DNA of 64,000 nucleotides from Bacillus subtilis subsp. subtilis str. 168 (lineage in GTDB: Bacteria > Bacillota > Bacilli > Bacillales > Bacillaceae): contig NC_000964.3 in assembly GCF_000009045.1 (NCBI RefSeq), positions 3,472,001 to 3,536,000 of the forward strand, written 5' to 3'. Positions 24,495-38,779 of this stretch are shown here, piece by piece (the first letter of the stretch is position 1; the number at the start of each line of letters is the position of its first letter). The position numbers and the translations under genes are program-made. The notes under the pieces are model-generated. The model was given only the letters and a program-made list of their open reading frames with translations. It searched no databases and had not been told where the DNA came from.

Positions 24495-25610
24495 TCATTC
24501 TGCTTTTTTAATAAGCGGAATCGTCAGTGCCACAACCGTTCCGTTATGGTCTGAAACCGTTAATCCCCCTTCAATGAGCATGAGCCGTTCTTCCATTCCC
24601 CACAGGCCATTCCCAAACATTTTCTCCTTCGGCGCTCCCTTTCCGTCATCCCGTATTACGATCCTCATTTTGTCAGCAAATTGAGAAATGGTGATGGCAC
24701 AGTGGGTTGCTTTGCTGTGCTTGATAATGTTAGTCACGGCTTCCCGCATACACATACTGATAATATTTTGAGTGACGGGAGATATCACTGAAAAGTCGTC
24801 GGCTCCTTCGTATTGAAAGGTAATGTTCCCCGCTCTTAATATGTGCTGAATGTTTACGAGCTCCTCTGTTATCGTGACCGTTCTCATATCAGAAACCAGC
24901 TCTCGAACTTGCTTGAGTGCGGAGCGTGAACTGGTTTCCATTTCTTTTGCCTCAAGCTTGGTCCGTTCTGGATCAGATGCAGCCAGCCGCTGAATGAGCT
25001 GGCTTTTTAATGTAAGCAGCGACAGGGTGTGGCCAAGAGTATCGTGAAGATCACGGGCGATTCGAACACGTTCCTCCCTTTTAGAGAGTTCTTTTATCTG
25101 TTCGTTGGCTTGTGCAAGCTTAGCTTCAAGCTCAATCCTCCGAAACATAGAACGAATTCCGAATGGAGAAATGAGCATAATGACGAGAAACGGGAGAACA
25201 GAAAAAAGCTCCCGAAGCGAGACCGAATTCGCGATAAATTGGTATAGGCATGGAAAAAGCAGTATAAAGATTAAAGCGCAGAACGCACGGTTAAAATTCG
25301 TTTTCTCTTTGTAATAACCAACAAAGTTTGCCGGAAAAAAACCTAAGTATATATAGGTGATATTGTAAAACACACTATACATCAAAATAACCGCCATTTG
25401 CACGATAAGCCAATATGTAAACGAAGCTTTGCCCACGCTGCAGAATAACTGGCGATATGCCGCTACAAAAAGGAGCAGCATACCATATCCGATCCCCTGT
25501 TTGACCCCTGATTCTTTTAATAAAGAGAGGAACGGCATAATCGTATACACCAGAAAGATATAAGGGAAAAACCCGAATTCCTTCGGGAAAATAGATATTG
25601 CCTTTTTCAT
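24495..25610 (-). CDS. yvfT: DesK-like HisKA_3 sensor kinase
   Basis: ERVRIARDLHDTLGH, EAVTNIIKHS and DDGKG motifs; N-terminal TMs. Confidence 0.95.
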   Translation of the reverse strand: MKKAISIFPKEFGFFPYIFLVYTIMPFLSLLKESGVKQGIGYGMLLLFVAAYRQLFCSVGKASFTYWLIVQMAVILMYSVFYNITYIYLGFFPANFVGYYKEKTNFNRAFCALIFILLFPCLYQFIANSVSLRELFSVLPFLVIMLISPFGIRSMFRRIELEAKLAQANEQIKELSKREERVRIARDLHDTLGHTLSLLTLKSQLIQRLAASDPERTKLEAKEMETSSRSALKQVRELVSDMRTVTITEELVNIQHILRAGNITFQYEGADDFSVISPVTQNIISMCMREAVTNIIKHSKATHCAITISQFADKMRIVIRDDGKGAPKEKMFGNGLWGMEERLMLIEGGLTVSDHNGTVVALTIPLIKKAE

Positions 25611-25613
25611 GTA

Positions 25614-26351
25614 TTACACCGCTTCTTGTTTTCTTCTTATATATTTAGATAGTAGCATGAAGAGCATCATATAAGCGATTAATATCAGAATATTTTTCCA
25701 AGTCGGACTCCCACCCCGGACAAGTTCCCACGCTCCGCTCCCGAAATGATAAGACGGAAGCCACTGGCCAATGCTCTGCATCATGTCAGGCATGACCTCA
25801 AACGGCATCCACATCCCTCCGCCTAAAGCCAGCAGCATATAAAGCACATTACTGATTCCGGCCGCTGTTTCTACTTTTCTCATGAGGCCGATTAGTGTGC
25901 CTAATGCTAAAAAAGGCAATGCGCCAAACAAAATCCACAGTCCGCTCATCATCCATTCAAACGGTGACAAGGCAATATCATTGATGATTGCGCCGAACAG
26001 AAATATGACGGTAATTGATAAAACGTGAATGACACTTTGGCCGATCATCTGAGCTGATAAATAGATATGATCCGGAAGAGGCGTAAGGCGGATAAAGGCG
26101 GCCCAGCCTTGTGACCGTTCTTGTACCATTCGGATGCCAAGCGTCATGATAGAGGAACCCATCACGCTGAAGACTGTCATCGACATCAGGTAATGGGCTT
26201 CCCATGCACGTTGATCAGGGACGTTGGTATTCACTACATTTGTAAAGAAATAATAAAAGGCAATCGGCATGATCAGAGACCAAAGCACAAAGTACTTGTT
26301 CCTAAGCACCCTTTTCATTTCAGCGATGCTTTGCTTTTGCAGCACGTTCAC
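25614..26351 (-). CDS. yvfS: ABC-2 type permease (GTG start)
   Basis: Six TMs; LTPL and LGGMWMP motifs; directly follows the ATPase gene. Confidence 0.92.
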   Translation of the reverse strand: MNVLQKQSIAEMKRVLRNKYFVLWSLIMPIAFYYFFTNVVNTNVPDQRAWEAHYLMSMTVFSVMGSSIMTLGIRMVQERSQGWAAFIRLTPLPDHIYLSAQMIGQSVIHVLSITVIFLFGAIINDIALSPFEWMMSGLWILFGALPFLALGTLIGLMRKVETAAGISNVLYMLLALGGGMWMPFEVMPDMMQSIGQWLPSYHFGSGAWELVRGGSPTWKNILILIAYMMLFMLLSKYIRRKQEAV

Positions 26352-27257
26352 TCACATCGCCTCCCTGTTGCCGTCAGCCAGCTGGCGAAATGCCTCATCG
26401 AGCGTTGCTTGCTCAATTCGAATATCCCGTGCATGTATGTTTTCTTGAAAGATCAGCGCCAACACTTTGTCTGTATTTGATGTCTGGATGATGGTTCTCT
26501 CATGCTCGTGGATCACTCTCTCGACTTCCGGGTGACAAGACAGCCTTTCCAATGATTCACTTGAATGAAGCGTAAAGGAAACAGACTGTTTTTGAATTCT
26601 TGAGCGGATTTGCATTGGTGAGCCGTCTGCAACAAGCTGTCCTTCAGTAAAAAATAGGATTCGCTGTGCGGCATCATCTGCTTCCTGTAAATAATGAGTT
26701 GAAAAAATAATCGTTTTTCCTTGGTCCGACAGTCCGTGAATGGTCTGCCAGAATCGGTGTCTTGATGAAGTGTCCATGCCGACTGTCGGTTCATCAAGTA
26801 TAAGCAGCTCCGGGTTCCCGGCAAGAGCCAAAGCAAAGCTCAAACGGCGTTTTTGTCCGCCGGATAATTTTTCTGCTCTTGTTTTCAAATCTTCTTTGGT
26901 GAGTGCTGTTAACGAAACGAGTTCTTTCATGGACAATGGATTCGGATAATAGCTCCGGAAGAGTTCAAGGATTTCATCCACCTTAAGGCCCGGCATGACA
27001 CTTACTTCCTGAAGCATTACACCTATTTTTTCACGAACCTGTTGATCATCGGGAACCCGGTTAAATAGTTTGATTTCTCCCTCACTCGGTTTCAGCAATC
27101 CTAATATCATCGAGACGACGGTCGTCTTCCCTGCCCCATTTGGCCCGAGAATGGCTGCAATTTCTCCTTTTTCAATACTGAAGCTGATGTTGTTTACAGC
27201 GGTTTTTCGCTGGAAATGTTTTGTCACGTTGCTTACTGTTACTGCTTCTTTCATCAC
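26352..27257 (-). CDS. yvfR: ABC transporter ATP-binding protein (GTG start)
   Basis: [13 protein letters not shown] and ILDEPT motifs; RBS AGGAGG. Confidence 0.95.
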
Positions 27258-27321
27258 ATGAGCACCTCCTGATCGTTTACATTGATTGTAAAATGACGGA
27301 GAAGACGATGTTAGTATGGGG

Positions 27322-27350
27322 TGTCATGATGATGGAGTGACAAATGTCAT
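27322..27350 (-). promoter_or_regulatory. Putative YvfU (DesR-type) binding array upstream of yvfR
   Basis: Minus strand ATGACA-TT-TGTCAC-N9-ATGACA. Confidence 0.65.
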
Positions 27351-27540
27351 TTTTTTCTCACCCCGGTGTCTAGGCAATCCTCCTCCTGCATCTTCCAATT
27401 CATCCATCTTTTCTATCTCCCATGTCCTCTTTCTTTTAAACTGCTGTGACATTCATAGAAAGATACACTCTTCAAACCATCCGAGTGTTATGATAGAAAT
27501 ATTGAACTTTATATTACTTTCCGGCTGAAAGGAGCCAATC

Positions 27541-28350
27541 ATGAACGAAGCGATTTTGTCTAGAAATCATGTGAAGGTGAAAGGCAGCGGCAAAGCATCT
27601 ATCATGTTCGCACCTGGTTTTGGATGCGATCAAAGCGTGTGGAATGCCGTGGCACCTGCCTTTGAAGAAGATCATCGGGTGATTTTATTTGATTACGTCG
27701 GTTCGGGACATTCAGATTTGCGCGCATATGACCTGAATCGTTACCAGACACTTGACGGCTATGCCCAGGATGTTCTTGATGTTTGTGAAGCTTTAGATCT
27801 GAAGGAAACCGTGTTTGTGGGTCACTCCGTCGGGGCCTTGATTGGGATGCTTGCATCCATCCGCCGCCCGGAGCTTTTTTCCCATCTGGTGATGGTGGGG
27901 CCTTCTCCTTGCTATTTGAATGATCCGCCTGAGTATTACGGAGGATTTGAAGAGGAGCAGCTCCTTGGCTTGCTGGAGATGATGGAGAAAAATTATATCG
28001 GCTGGGCGACTGTATTTGCGGCAACCGTTCTGAATCAGCCAGATCGGCCTGAAATTAAGGAAGAGCTTGAAAGCCGTTTTTGTTCTACTGATCCTGTCAT
28101 TGCCCGCCAATTCGCGAAAGCGGCGTTTTTTTCTGATCACCGAGAGGATCTTTCGAAGGTAACGGTTCCCTCTCTTATTCTCCAATGTGCAGATGATATC
28201 ATCGCACCTGCAACAGTAGGTAAGTATATGCATCAGCATCTGCCTTATAGCAGTCTGAAACAAATGGAGGCTCGCGGACATTGCCCTCATATGAGCCATC
28301 CAGATGAGACGATACAGCTGATCGGCGATTATTTAAAAGCACACGTGTGA
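27541..28350 (+). CDS. rsbQ: Alpha/beta hydrolase activator of RsbP
   Basis: [14 protein letters not shown] nucleophile elbow and GHCPHMSHP. Confidence 0.97.
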
Positions 28351-28385
28351 TATAGGAACGAAAGGGATAGAGGTGACCCTCTTAG

Positions 28386-29597
28386 ATGGACAAACAATTG
28401 AATGATGCACCATGCGGTTTCCTCGCTTTGTCAGAAGAGGGGTCGATCATAGCTGCCAACCGCACCCTTATCAAGATTCTGGATTATGAACCGGAGCAGG
28501 TTATCGGCCAGCACATGAATATGATGTTGACCATTCCCGCGCAGCTTTTCTGCCAGCTTTATTTTTTTCCGCTTTTGAAATTGGAGCATCACATCGAAGA
28601 AATATACATTTCCCTGAAAGCAAGAGATGGAGAAGAAATTCCCGTCCTTATCAATGCTATTGCGAGACACGATAGCGGGGCTTCTGTCTTTGATTGTGTT
28701 CTGATTCCAATGCGAAAGCGAAATGAATATGAAAATGAGCTGCTGATAGCCAGAAATGAGGCTCAGGAAGCTTTGCTTGCCAAACAGAAAGCCAATGCGG
28801 AGTTAGAAATTGCCTTGGAAACGCTGAAAGCAAAACAAGAAGAACTTCTTGAGATCAATAAACAAAATCAACAATTTAAATTAAACACCAAAAGAGAGCT
28901 TGAACTCGCCAGAAAGATCCAGAAAAACTCGTTGACTGAACCGATTGTAAACGATCAGGTTCAGATTGACTCTTATTACAACGCATCGAGTGAATTGTCA
29001 GGTGATCTTTACGGATATTATCAAATCGATGAACACCGTTACGGCATTATTATCCTTGATGTGATGGGGCACGGAATTTCATCTGCATTGATTACGATGT
29101 CTCTTCATCCTTTGTTCCAGCGCCAGATCACGCAAGGTCTCAGCCCCGTTAAAGTTATGAAGGAATTGGACCGGCACCTTCACAGCTTGTTTCAAAATGA
29201 TGAGGAAGCAAGACATTATTGCACTGCTATTTATCTCGAGATTGATATAGCACGGCAAAGAATTGATTATGTCAACGCAGGGCATCCGCCGGCACTTTGG
29301 CAGGACGATAGCGGAACTCAACATCTGCTTCACGCGACCTCGCCTCCGATCGGGATGTTTGAAGACTTAGAGTTTCAGTCAAGCAGCCTTTCATACACGG
29401 AGGACGGAAGATTGCTTCTGTATACGGATGGCGTGATGGATCCTACGGCTTCATGTTATTTATTTGATTTACTAAAGGATCATCCTGATTCGCCAATCGC
29501 TGACCTGAAGGAGAAAATCCTTACATCACTGCAGCATCAAAAGGAAGCTCATCATAAGAGTGATGACGAATGTTTTATATTAGTTGATGTAAAATAA
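28386..29597 (+). CDS. rsbP: PAS plus PP2C energy-stress phosphatase
   Basis: N-terminal PAS, coiled coil, ELARKIQ, SGDLY, ILDVMGHG, LYTDG and DDEC motifs. Confidence 0.97.
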   Translation: MDKQLNDAPCGFLALSEEGSIIAANRTLIKILDYEPEQVIGQHMNMMLTIPAQLFCQLYFFPLLKLEHHIEEIYISLKARDGEEIPVLINAIARHDSGASVFDCVLIPMRKRNEYENELLIARNEAQEALLAKQKANAELEIALETLKAKQEELLEINKQNQQFKLNTKRELELARKIQKNSLTEPIVNDQVQIDSYYNASSELSGDLYGYYQIDEHRYGIIILDVMGHGISSALITMSLHPLFQRQITQGLSPVKVMKELDRHLHSLFQNDEEARHYCTAIYLEIDIARQRIDYVNAGHPPALWQDDSGTQHLLHATSPPIGMFEDLEFQSSSLSYTEDGRLLLYTDGVMDPTASCYLFDLLKDHPDSPIADLKEKILTSLQHQKEAHHKSDDECFILVDVK

Positions 29598-29649
29598 AAT
29601 GATCCATGAGACATAACAATGATTTGTTACATCTCATGGATTTTTTTGT
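29597..29649. terminator. Terminator between rsbP and ganB
   Basis: AAAATGATCCATGAGA...TCTCATGGATTTTTTTG. Confidence 0.75.
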
Positions 29650-29650
29650 T

Positions 29651-33083
<3,433 letters not shown>

Positions 33084-33101
33084 ATTCTCCTCCTTGTTCT
33101 C

Positions 33102-33953
33102 TTAGCCCTTCGTTCCGCCTGCGGTTAATCCGGACACAAAATTCTTTTGCAGCATAATAAAGATGACGGCAACCGGTATGCTGATAAGCAGGGCTCCGGC
33201 CGCAAATGTCGTATAGCTGGCCCCCATGACATCATTCACTAAATTGAATAGACCGACGGGCAATGTATATGATTCAGGCGTTCTCAATATGGTTGAGGAC
33301 AGCACAAAATCTCCGAGCGGACCGGTAAAGCCGTTCATGGCCACGACTGCCGCCATCGGTTTTGATAATGGCAGAATGATCTGGAAGAAGATTCTGGTGC
33401 TGCTGGCTCCGTCAATCTTGGCGCTTTCGTCTAAATCCATCGGAATGGAATCCATGTACCCTTTCATCAAATACGTATTCATCGGGATCAGGCCGCCGAT
33501 ATAAAGCAAGATTAGCAGCCAGTGGCTATTGATCATTCCCAAGATTTGCGCCAGCACAAACAAGGCAATTAAAGCTGAAAACTGAGGAATCATCTGCAGC
33601 AATAAAAAGAGCGTTAAAGCGTATTTCCTCCCTTTAAACCGAAAGCGCGAAAACGCATAGGCCGTAAACGTCACACAGAGCAAAGACCCTGCCATTGTAA
33701 ACAGGCTGATCTTCATAGAGTTGACATACCACTGCACATATTGAAGGCTTTCCTTGCCCGCAAATAATTCCTTGTAATGATCGAATGTCGGATGCTTCGG
33801 AATGATGGATGTACTGATTAAGCTGTTGCCGGGATTAAAGCTTGCGCCTGCCGTCCAAAGGAGAGGATAAACAATGATGACCGCCATAAAGGCTAGCAAC
33901 AAGTAAGAGAAAAGGAGACGGATATATCTTCTGACTTTCATATCTGCCAGCAT
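33102..33953 (-). CDS. ganQ: Galacto-oligosaccharide ABC permease (MalG-like)
   Basis: DLDESAKIDGAS EAA loop. Confidence 0.94.
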   Translation of the reverse strand: MLADMKVRRYIRLLFSYLLLAFMAVIIVYPLLWTAGASFNPGNSLISTSIIPKHPTFDHYKELFAGKESLQYVQWYVNSMKISLFTMAGSLLCVTFTAYAFSRFRFKGRKYALTLFLLLQMIPQFSALIALFVLAQILGMINSHWLLILLYIGGLIPMNTYLMKGYMDSIPMDLDESAKIDGASSTRIFFQIILPLSKPMAAVVAMNGFTGPLGDFVLSSTILRTPESYTLPVGLFNLVNDVMGASYTTFAAGALLISIPVAVIFIMLQKNFVSGLTAGGTKG

Positions 33954-33956
33954 ACC

Positions 33957-35213
33957 TTATGCCTCCTCTTTAAAAGACTTTGTCTGTCTGAACTGCCACA
34001 ATGCGATGGAGATAACAAATACAGATAATAAAATGGTTAAAGCCGCAGCAAGTGAATATTGGCTGGACTGCATTGTCAATTTATAAATCCATGAAACGAG
34101 GATATCTGTCCCGCCGGCTGTTGATCCGGTTACAGCCGGACCTCCGCCATTGAATAGATAGATAATATTAAAGTTATTAAAGTTAAACGTAAACTGAGTA
34201 ATGATAATCGGAGCCATTGCAATGAACACCATCGGAAGCGTGATGTATCTCAGCTTTGAAAAGACAGAAGCGCCATCAATCGTAGCTGCTTCATACAGAT
34301 CGTCCGGGATGGATTGCAATACGCCTGTTGAGACGAGAAAGATGTACGGAAATCCGAGCCAGCCCTGCATGAGAATCAATGCAAGCCTCGACCAATTGGC
34401 ATCTGTCATCCACGGAAGCGGATCTATCCCGAAGAAAGCCAAGATGTCGTGATTCATCGCACCGAAGCTATCATTAAACAGTCCCGCAAAAATTAAAATC
34501 GTCACAAAACCGGGAACGGCCCATGGCAAAATCAGAATCGTCCGAAAAAAACGTTTAAACCGAAGGTCTTTCTGGTTAACAATGATCGCGAGAAAAATCC
34601 CCAAGGTGACTTGCAGTGTGGATGCAGCAAGTGTCCAAACCACCGTCCAAGCCAGTACATCAAAAAAAGTCGACCTCCAAATATCAACTGTGAAAATATT
34701 TGCGAACGTTTGAAAACCGACCCAATCAATTAATTTTGCAGGAGGAGAATGATACAAATCATAGTTTGTAAACGCTAATGCAAAGCTGAATAAGATAGGA
34801 AAGATCACGGCGAAAATTAAAATAAACAAAGATGGGCCGCTGACGACATAAGGATAGCCCTCAGAAATGATATGCTGGTATTGTTCCTTTAAGGAACTTA
34901 ATGGCTTATTTTCATCACGCTGTTTTCCGCTTTGGAACGCATCGCGAAGATTTACATAATACACCGCAAGGCCAAAGCAGGTCACGATGACAGCAATAAT
35001 CCCTTCCGCCAGCAGAAAAACGGAATTATCCCGCGGCACTTCTGTTCCCAGTGTAAAGATTCCCCAAAACCCCATATTGAGCAGATCTCCAAAGACCGCA
35101 AAAAACGATGCGCCTAAGAAAAGAAAGACAATACCTTTTATCCATTGCTTGTTATAAAATTGCCCGAGTCCCGGAATGATAGAAAGCAACAAAGCGACTT
35201 GACGATGCTGCAC
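33957..35213 (-). CDS. ganP: Galacto-oligosaccharide ABC permease (MalF-like), GTG 35213, 418 aa
   Basis: DLYEAATIDGAS EAA loop; AGAGAGG spaced for GTG 35213. Confidence 0.92.
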   Translation of the reverse strand: MQHRQVALLLSIIPGLGQFYNKQWIKGIVFLFLGASFFAVFGDLLNMGFWGIFTLGTEVPRDNSVFLLAEGIIAVIVTCFGLAVYYVNLRDAFQSGKQRDENKPLSSLKEQYQHIISEGYPYVVSGPSLFILIFAVIFPILFSFALAFTNYDLYHSPPAKLIDWVGFQTFANIFTVDIWRSTFFDVLAWTVVWTLAASTLQVTLGIFLAIIVNQKDLRFKRFFRTILILPWAVPGFVTILIFAGLFNDSFGAMNHDILAFFGIDPLPWMTDANWSRLALILMQGWLGFPYIFLVSTGVLQSIPDDLYEAATIDGASVFSKLRYITLPMVFIAMAPIIITQFTFNFNNFNIIYLFNGGGPAVTGSTAGGTDILVSWIYKLTMQSSQYSLAAALTILLSVFVISIALWQFRQTKSFKEEA

Positions 35214-35252
35214 CGTTTTCACCTCTCTTACAATACAAATCTAGCTTTCTCT

Positions 35253-36518
35253 TTATTTTCCGCTGTGCTTTGCCTTAATTTGTCCTTTGGCCGTTTCAGC
35301 TGCTTGATCCAATGCTTGTTTCGGATCTGCCTTCCCTGTTGCAACCGTCTGTAATGCTGAATCAGCCGGCGTCCATATTTCATTCATTTCCGGAATATTT
35401 GGTGTTGGCTCTGAGAAACGGGATTGTTCAGTAACAGCCCGTGCCGCCTCGCTTTTCATAATAGCCGGGTCATTGGCTAGGGATTTCACAGCAGGAACTT
35501 CTTTCGTTTCTTCATATCGTGTTTTAGAATTTTTTTCATTTGCCAGGAAAACGGCTAATTCTTGCGCCAGCTCTTCATTCTTTGAAAATGCACTGACGTT
35601 GTAGCTTTTGACGCCGATAAAGGAGCTCATGTTTTTCCCATTTTCCAGCTTCGGCAGTTTCGTAATGCCATAATTGATTCCTGCATTCGAAAAGGCTTCT
35701 ACATTCCATGGACCAGAAATAATTGCGGCGGCTTTTCCTTCTGTGAACAGCGATTCCAACACGTTAATCCCTTGTTCTCCAATAATGCCAGCCGGGAACA
35801 GGCCATCTTTGTAAAACTTCTGAATCAGCGCCGCACCTTTGACAGCTCCTTCATTATTGATTCCAATGTCTGACGGGTTATAGCTCCCATCTTTGGCCTT
35901 TCCAAAAATGTATCCGCCATATCCGCTCATCACACTTTCTGCATAATAAATTTGATCGAATAGGGCTAAAAAGCCAAATTTGCTGCCGTCAGCAGTCTTT
36001 TTGGAATAGTCGTACCACTCTTCCAGCGTTTTGGGCAATTCCTTTTCTGTGATGAGATCTTTGTTGTAAAAAAGCACAGTCGTTTCGACCGCTTTTGGCA
36101 GTCCATAAAGCTTTTGATCTACCATTTGAGACTGAATGGAAGCGTCAGTATAAAGTGATTGAACGTCTTTTTTGACATGTAATTCCTTGAGTAATCCTTC
36201 CGTGACAGCGGTTCCGATTTGGTCCCCTGGCATTGTTAACACGTCAGGGCCTGTGCCGGCCGGTCCATCCATTCGCAAATCTTCAATCTGCTTGGCATAC
36301 GGTTTTTCAACGACTTTGACCTTCACATCATGCTCTTTTTCAAATGCAGCCACAGCGTCTTTAATGCCGTTGCTCTTTTCTTTATCCTCCCATACAACAA
36401 GCTCTGACCCTTTTGAACTCGATTTGGCGCTGCTGCTTTCCTTTGGGCCGCAAGCCGCCAAGGATAAACTGACAGCTGCGCAGAGCATGAATACGGAACA
36501 CTTTTTTGCCATTTTCAT
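35253..36518 (-). CDS. ganS: Galacto-oligosaccharide-binding lipoprotein (cycB)
   Basis: Lipobox LAAC; GPDV and IISGPW maltodextrin-binding-protein motifs. Confidence 0.95.
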   Translation of the reverse strand: MKMAKKCSVFMLCAAVSLSLAACGPKESSSAKSSSKGSELVVWEDKEKSNGIKDAVAAFEKEHDVKVKVVEKPYAKQIEDLRMDGPAGTGPDVLTMPGDQIGTAVTEGLLKELHVKKDVQSLYTDASIQSQMVDQKLYGLPKAVETTVLFYNKDLITEKELPKTLEEWYDYSKKTADGSKFGFLALFDQIYYAESVMSGYGGYIFGKAKDGSYNPSDIGINNEGAVKGAALIQKFYKDGLFPAGIIGEQGINVLESLFTEGKAAAIISGPWNVEAFSNAGINYGITKLPKLENGKNMSSFIGVKSYNVSAFSKNEELAQELAVFLANEKNSKTRYEETKEVPAVKSLANDPAIMKSEAARAVTEQSRFSEPTPNIPEMNEIWTPADSALQTVATGKADPKQALDQAAETAKGQIKAKHSGK

Positions 36519-36542
36519 TGATTGTCACCCTTTCGGTAGGAA

Positions 36543-36589
36543 TGAAAGCGCTTTAAAGATAATATAGCATGCCTGAGAAAATGTGTAAA
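36543..36589 (-). promoter_or_regulatory. ganS SigA promoter with downstream cre
   Basis: TTTACA-17-TATATT (extended TG) on the minus strand; TGAAAGCGCTTTAA at 36543-36556 (plus-strand reading). Confidence 0.8.
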
Positions 36590-36608
36590 CAAACTATTTA
36601 CTTCATAG

Positions 36609-36624
36609 AGTAAATTTTTTTACC
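36609..36624. promoter_or_regulatory. Putative GanR operator upstream of PganS
   Basis: AGTAAA-N4-TTTACC, one mismatch to the perfect palindrome at 37687. Confidence 0.65.
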
Positions 36625-36629
36625 TAAAT

Positions 36630-36657
36630 AAAAAATGACTTAGTGTCCTAAGTCATC
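36630..36657 (-). terminator. ganR terminator
   Basis: AAAAAATGACTTAG-tgtc-CTAAGTCAT. Confidence 0.8.
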
Positions 36658-36658
36658 C

Positions 36659-37669
<1,011 letters not shown>

Positions 37670-37686
37670 TCAGCTCGCATTGTTTT

Positions 37687-37722
37687 AGTAAAATATTTTA
37701 CTTTCTTTTTCACAAATGTCAA
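37687..37722 (-). promoter_or_regulatory. ganR promoter overlapped by a perfect 16-bp palindrome
   Basis: TTGACA-16-TAAAAT; AGTAAAATATTTTACT at 37687-37702. Confidence 0.7.
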
Positions 37723-37749
37723 GTGCACAAAGCCCTCTGGCTGCCATGT

Positions 37750-37779
37750 AAAAAGACTGAACCATTTGCGGCTCAGTCT
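37750..37779 (-). terminator. lutR terminator
   Basis: AAAAAGACTGA...TCAGTCT. Confidence 0.65.
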
Positions 37780-37830
37780 CAGTTGTTCGTATCATTCGGA
37801 ACCGGCGGAATTGCCCGGGAAATGAGTTGG

Positions 37831-38552
37831 TTATTGCACATTTTCCTCGAAATATCCCGAAAGCACATCTTCCACATTCGTCAAATGCGCCAGCATGGCG
37901 GCTTCCGCCTGTGCACCGTTCCCGGCAGCCACAGCATTGTAAATCCGTTCGTGCTCCTCATACAGCCGCTGAACGGAGGTCTTCTTGGAAAACAGCCAGA
38001 TTTTCCTCGTTTCCCTCATTGTTTCCAGCAGCAATGATGACACGTGATTCATCAAGTGTTTAAGAAGTTCATTTTGAGAAGCGTCCGCAAGCGCAAGATG
38101 AAATGCAAAGTCTGCTTTCTCTCCCAGCTCCCCGTCCGCTTCAATGCTGCCCATTTCCTTTAGTGCATCCTGAATTCTTTCGAGATCTGCTTCTGTCCTT
38201 TTTTCAGCCGCTAGTGAAGCCACGCCGATTTCAAGCAGTTTTCTGACCTCGAGCAGCTGCTTGACGTCCTCTTTTTTCATCAGAAGGGCGGCTGAGAGCG
38301 GCTGAGAAATTTGATTGAGCTCAAATTCCTTCAGATACGTGCCTTCTCCCTGTTTCATTTCGACAAGCCCCATCGCTTTTAGCGCAGAAAGTGCTTCGCG
38401 AACCGCTGAACGGCTGACTTGAAAGCTCTCAGCAAGCGCCTGAACAGAGTCCAGTTTATCCCCCGGCTTCAATTCGCCATTTTTGATCATATCTAATAGG
38501 GCATCCGCTACTTCTTCATATATTTTTTTGTTTTAATCTGTTTATATTTCAA
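37831..38552 (-). pseudogene. lutR: GntR/FadR-family lactate regulator, frameshifted near the 5' end (219-aa residual ORF 37831-38490)
   Basis: TTG 38552 with GGGGTGA RBS reads MKYKQIKTKK, then is out of frame with YEEVADALLDMIKNGELKPGDKL. The A-run at 38523-38529 has 7 A where 8 would give 240 aa. Confidence 0.85.
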
Positions 38553-38650
38553 TGCAATTCACCCCGTAACTTGTAGGTCTGGCTGTTTACGATCTATTAT
38601 ACTCTGTTTTGTGGGCCGCCAAAAGATTTTGACTATTTTGTCAAAAAGTC

Positions 38651-38716
38651 TTGTACTTTGATTTTTTTCAAAATATAATGCTAGGTAACTGGTCTTATTA
38701 CCCAGTCATCAGATGA
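38651..38716 (+). promoter_or_regulatory. lutP SigA promoter and LutR box
   Basis: TTGTAC-17-TATAAT (38651-38679); TCATCAGATGA at 38706-38716. Confidence 0.8.
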
Positions 38717-38779
38717 TCATATCATCTATAGAAACCGCTTACATATGGCGCCAGTTTATGTTTCAAGGAGGGGTTTGGG

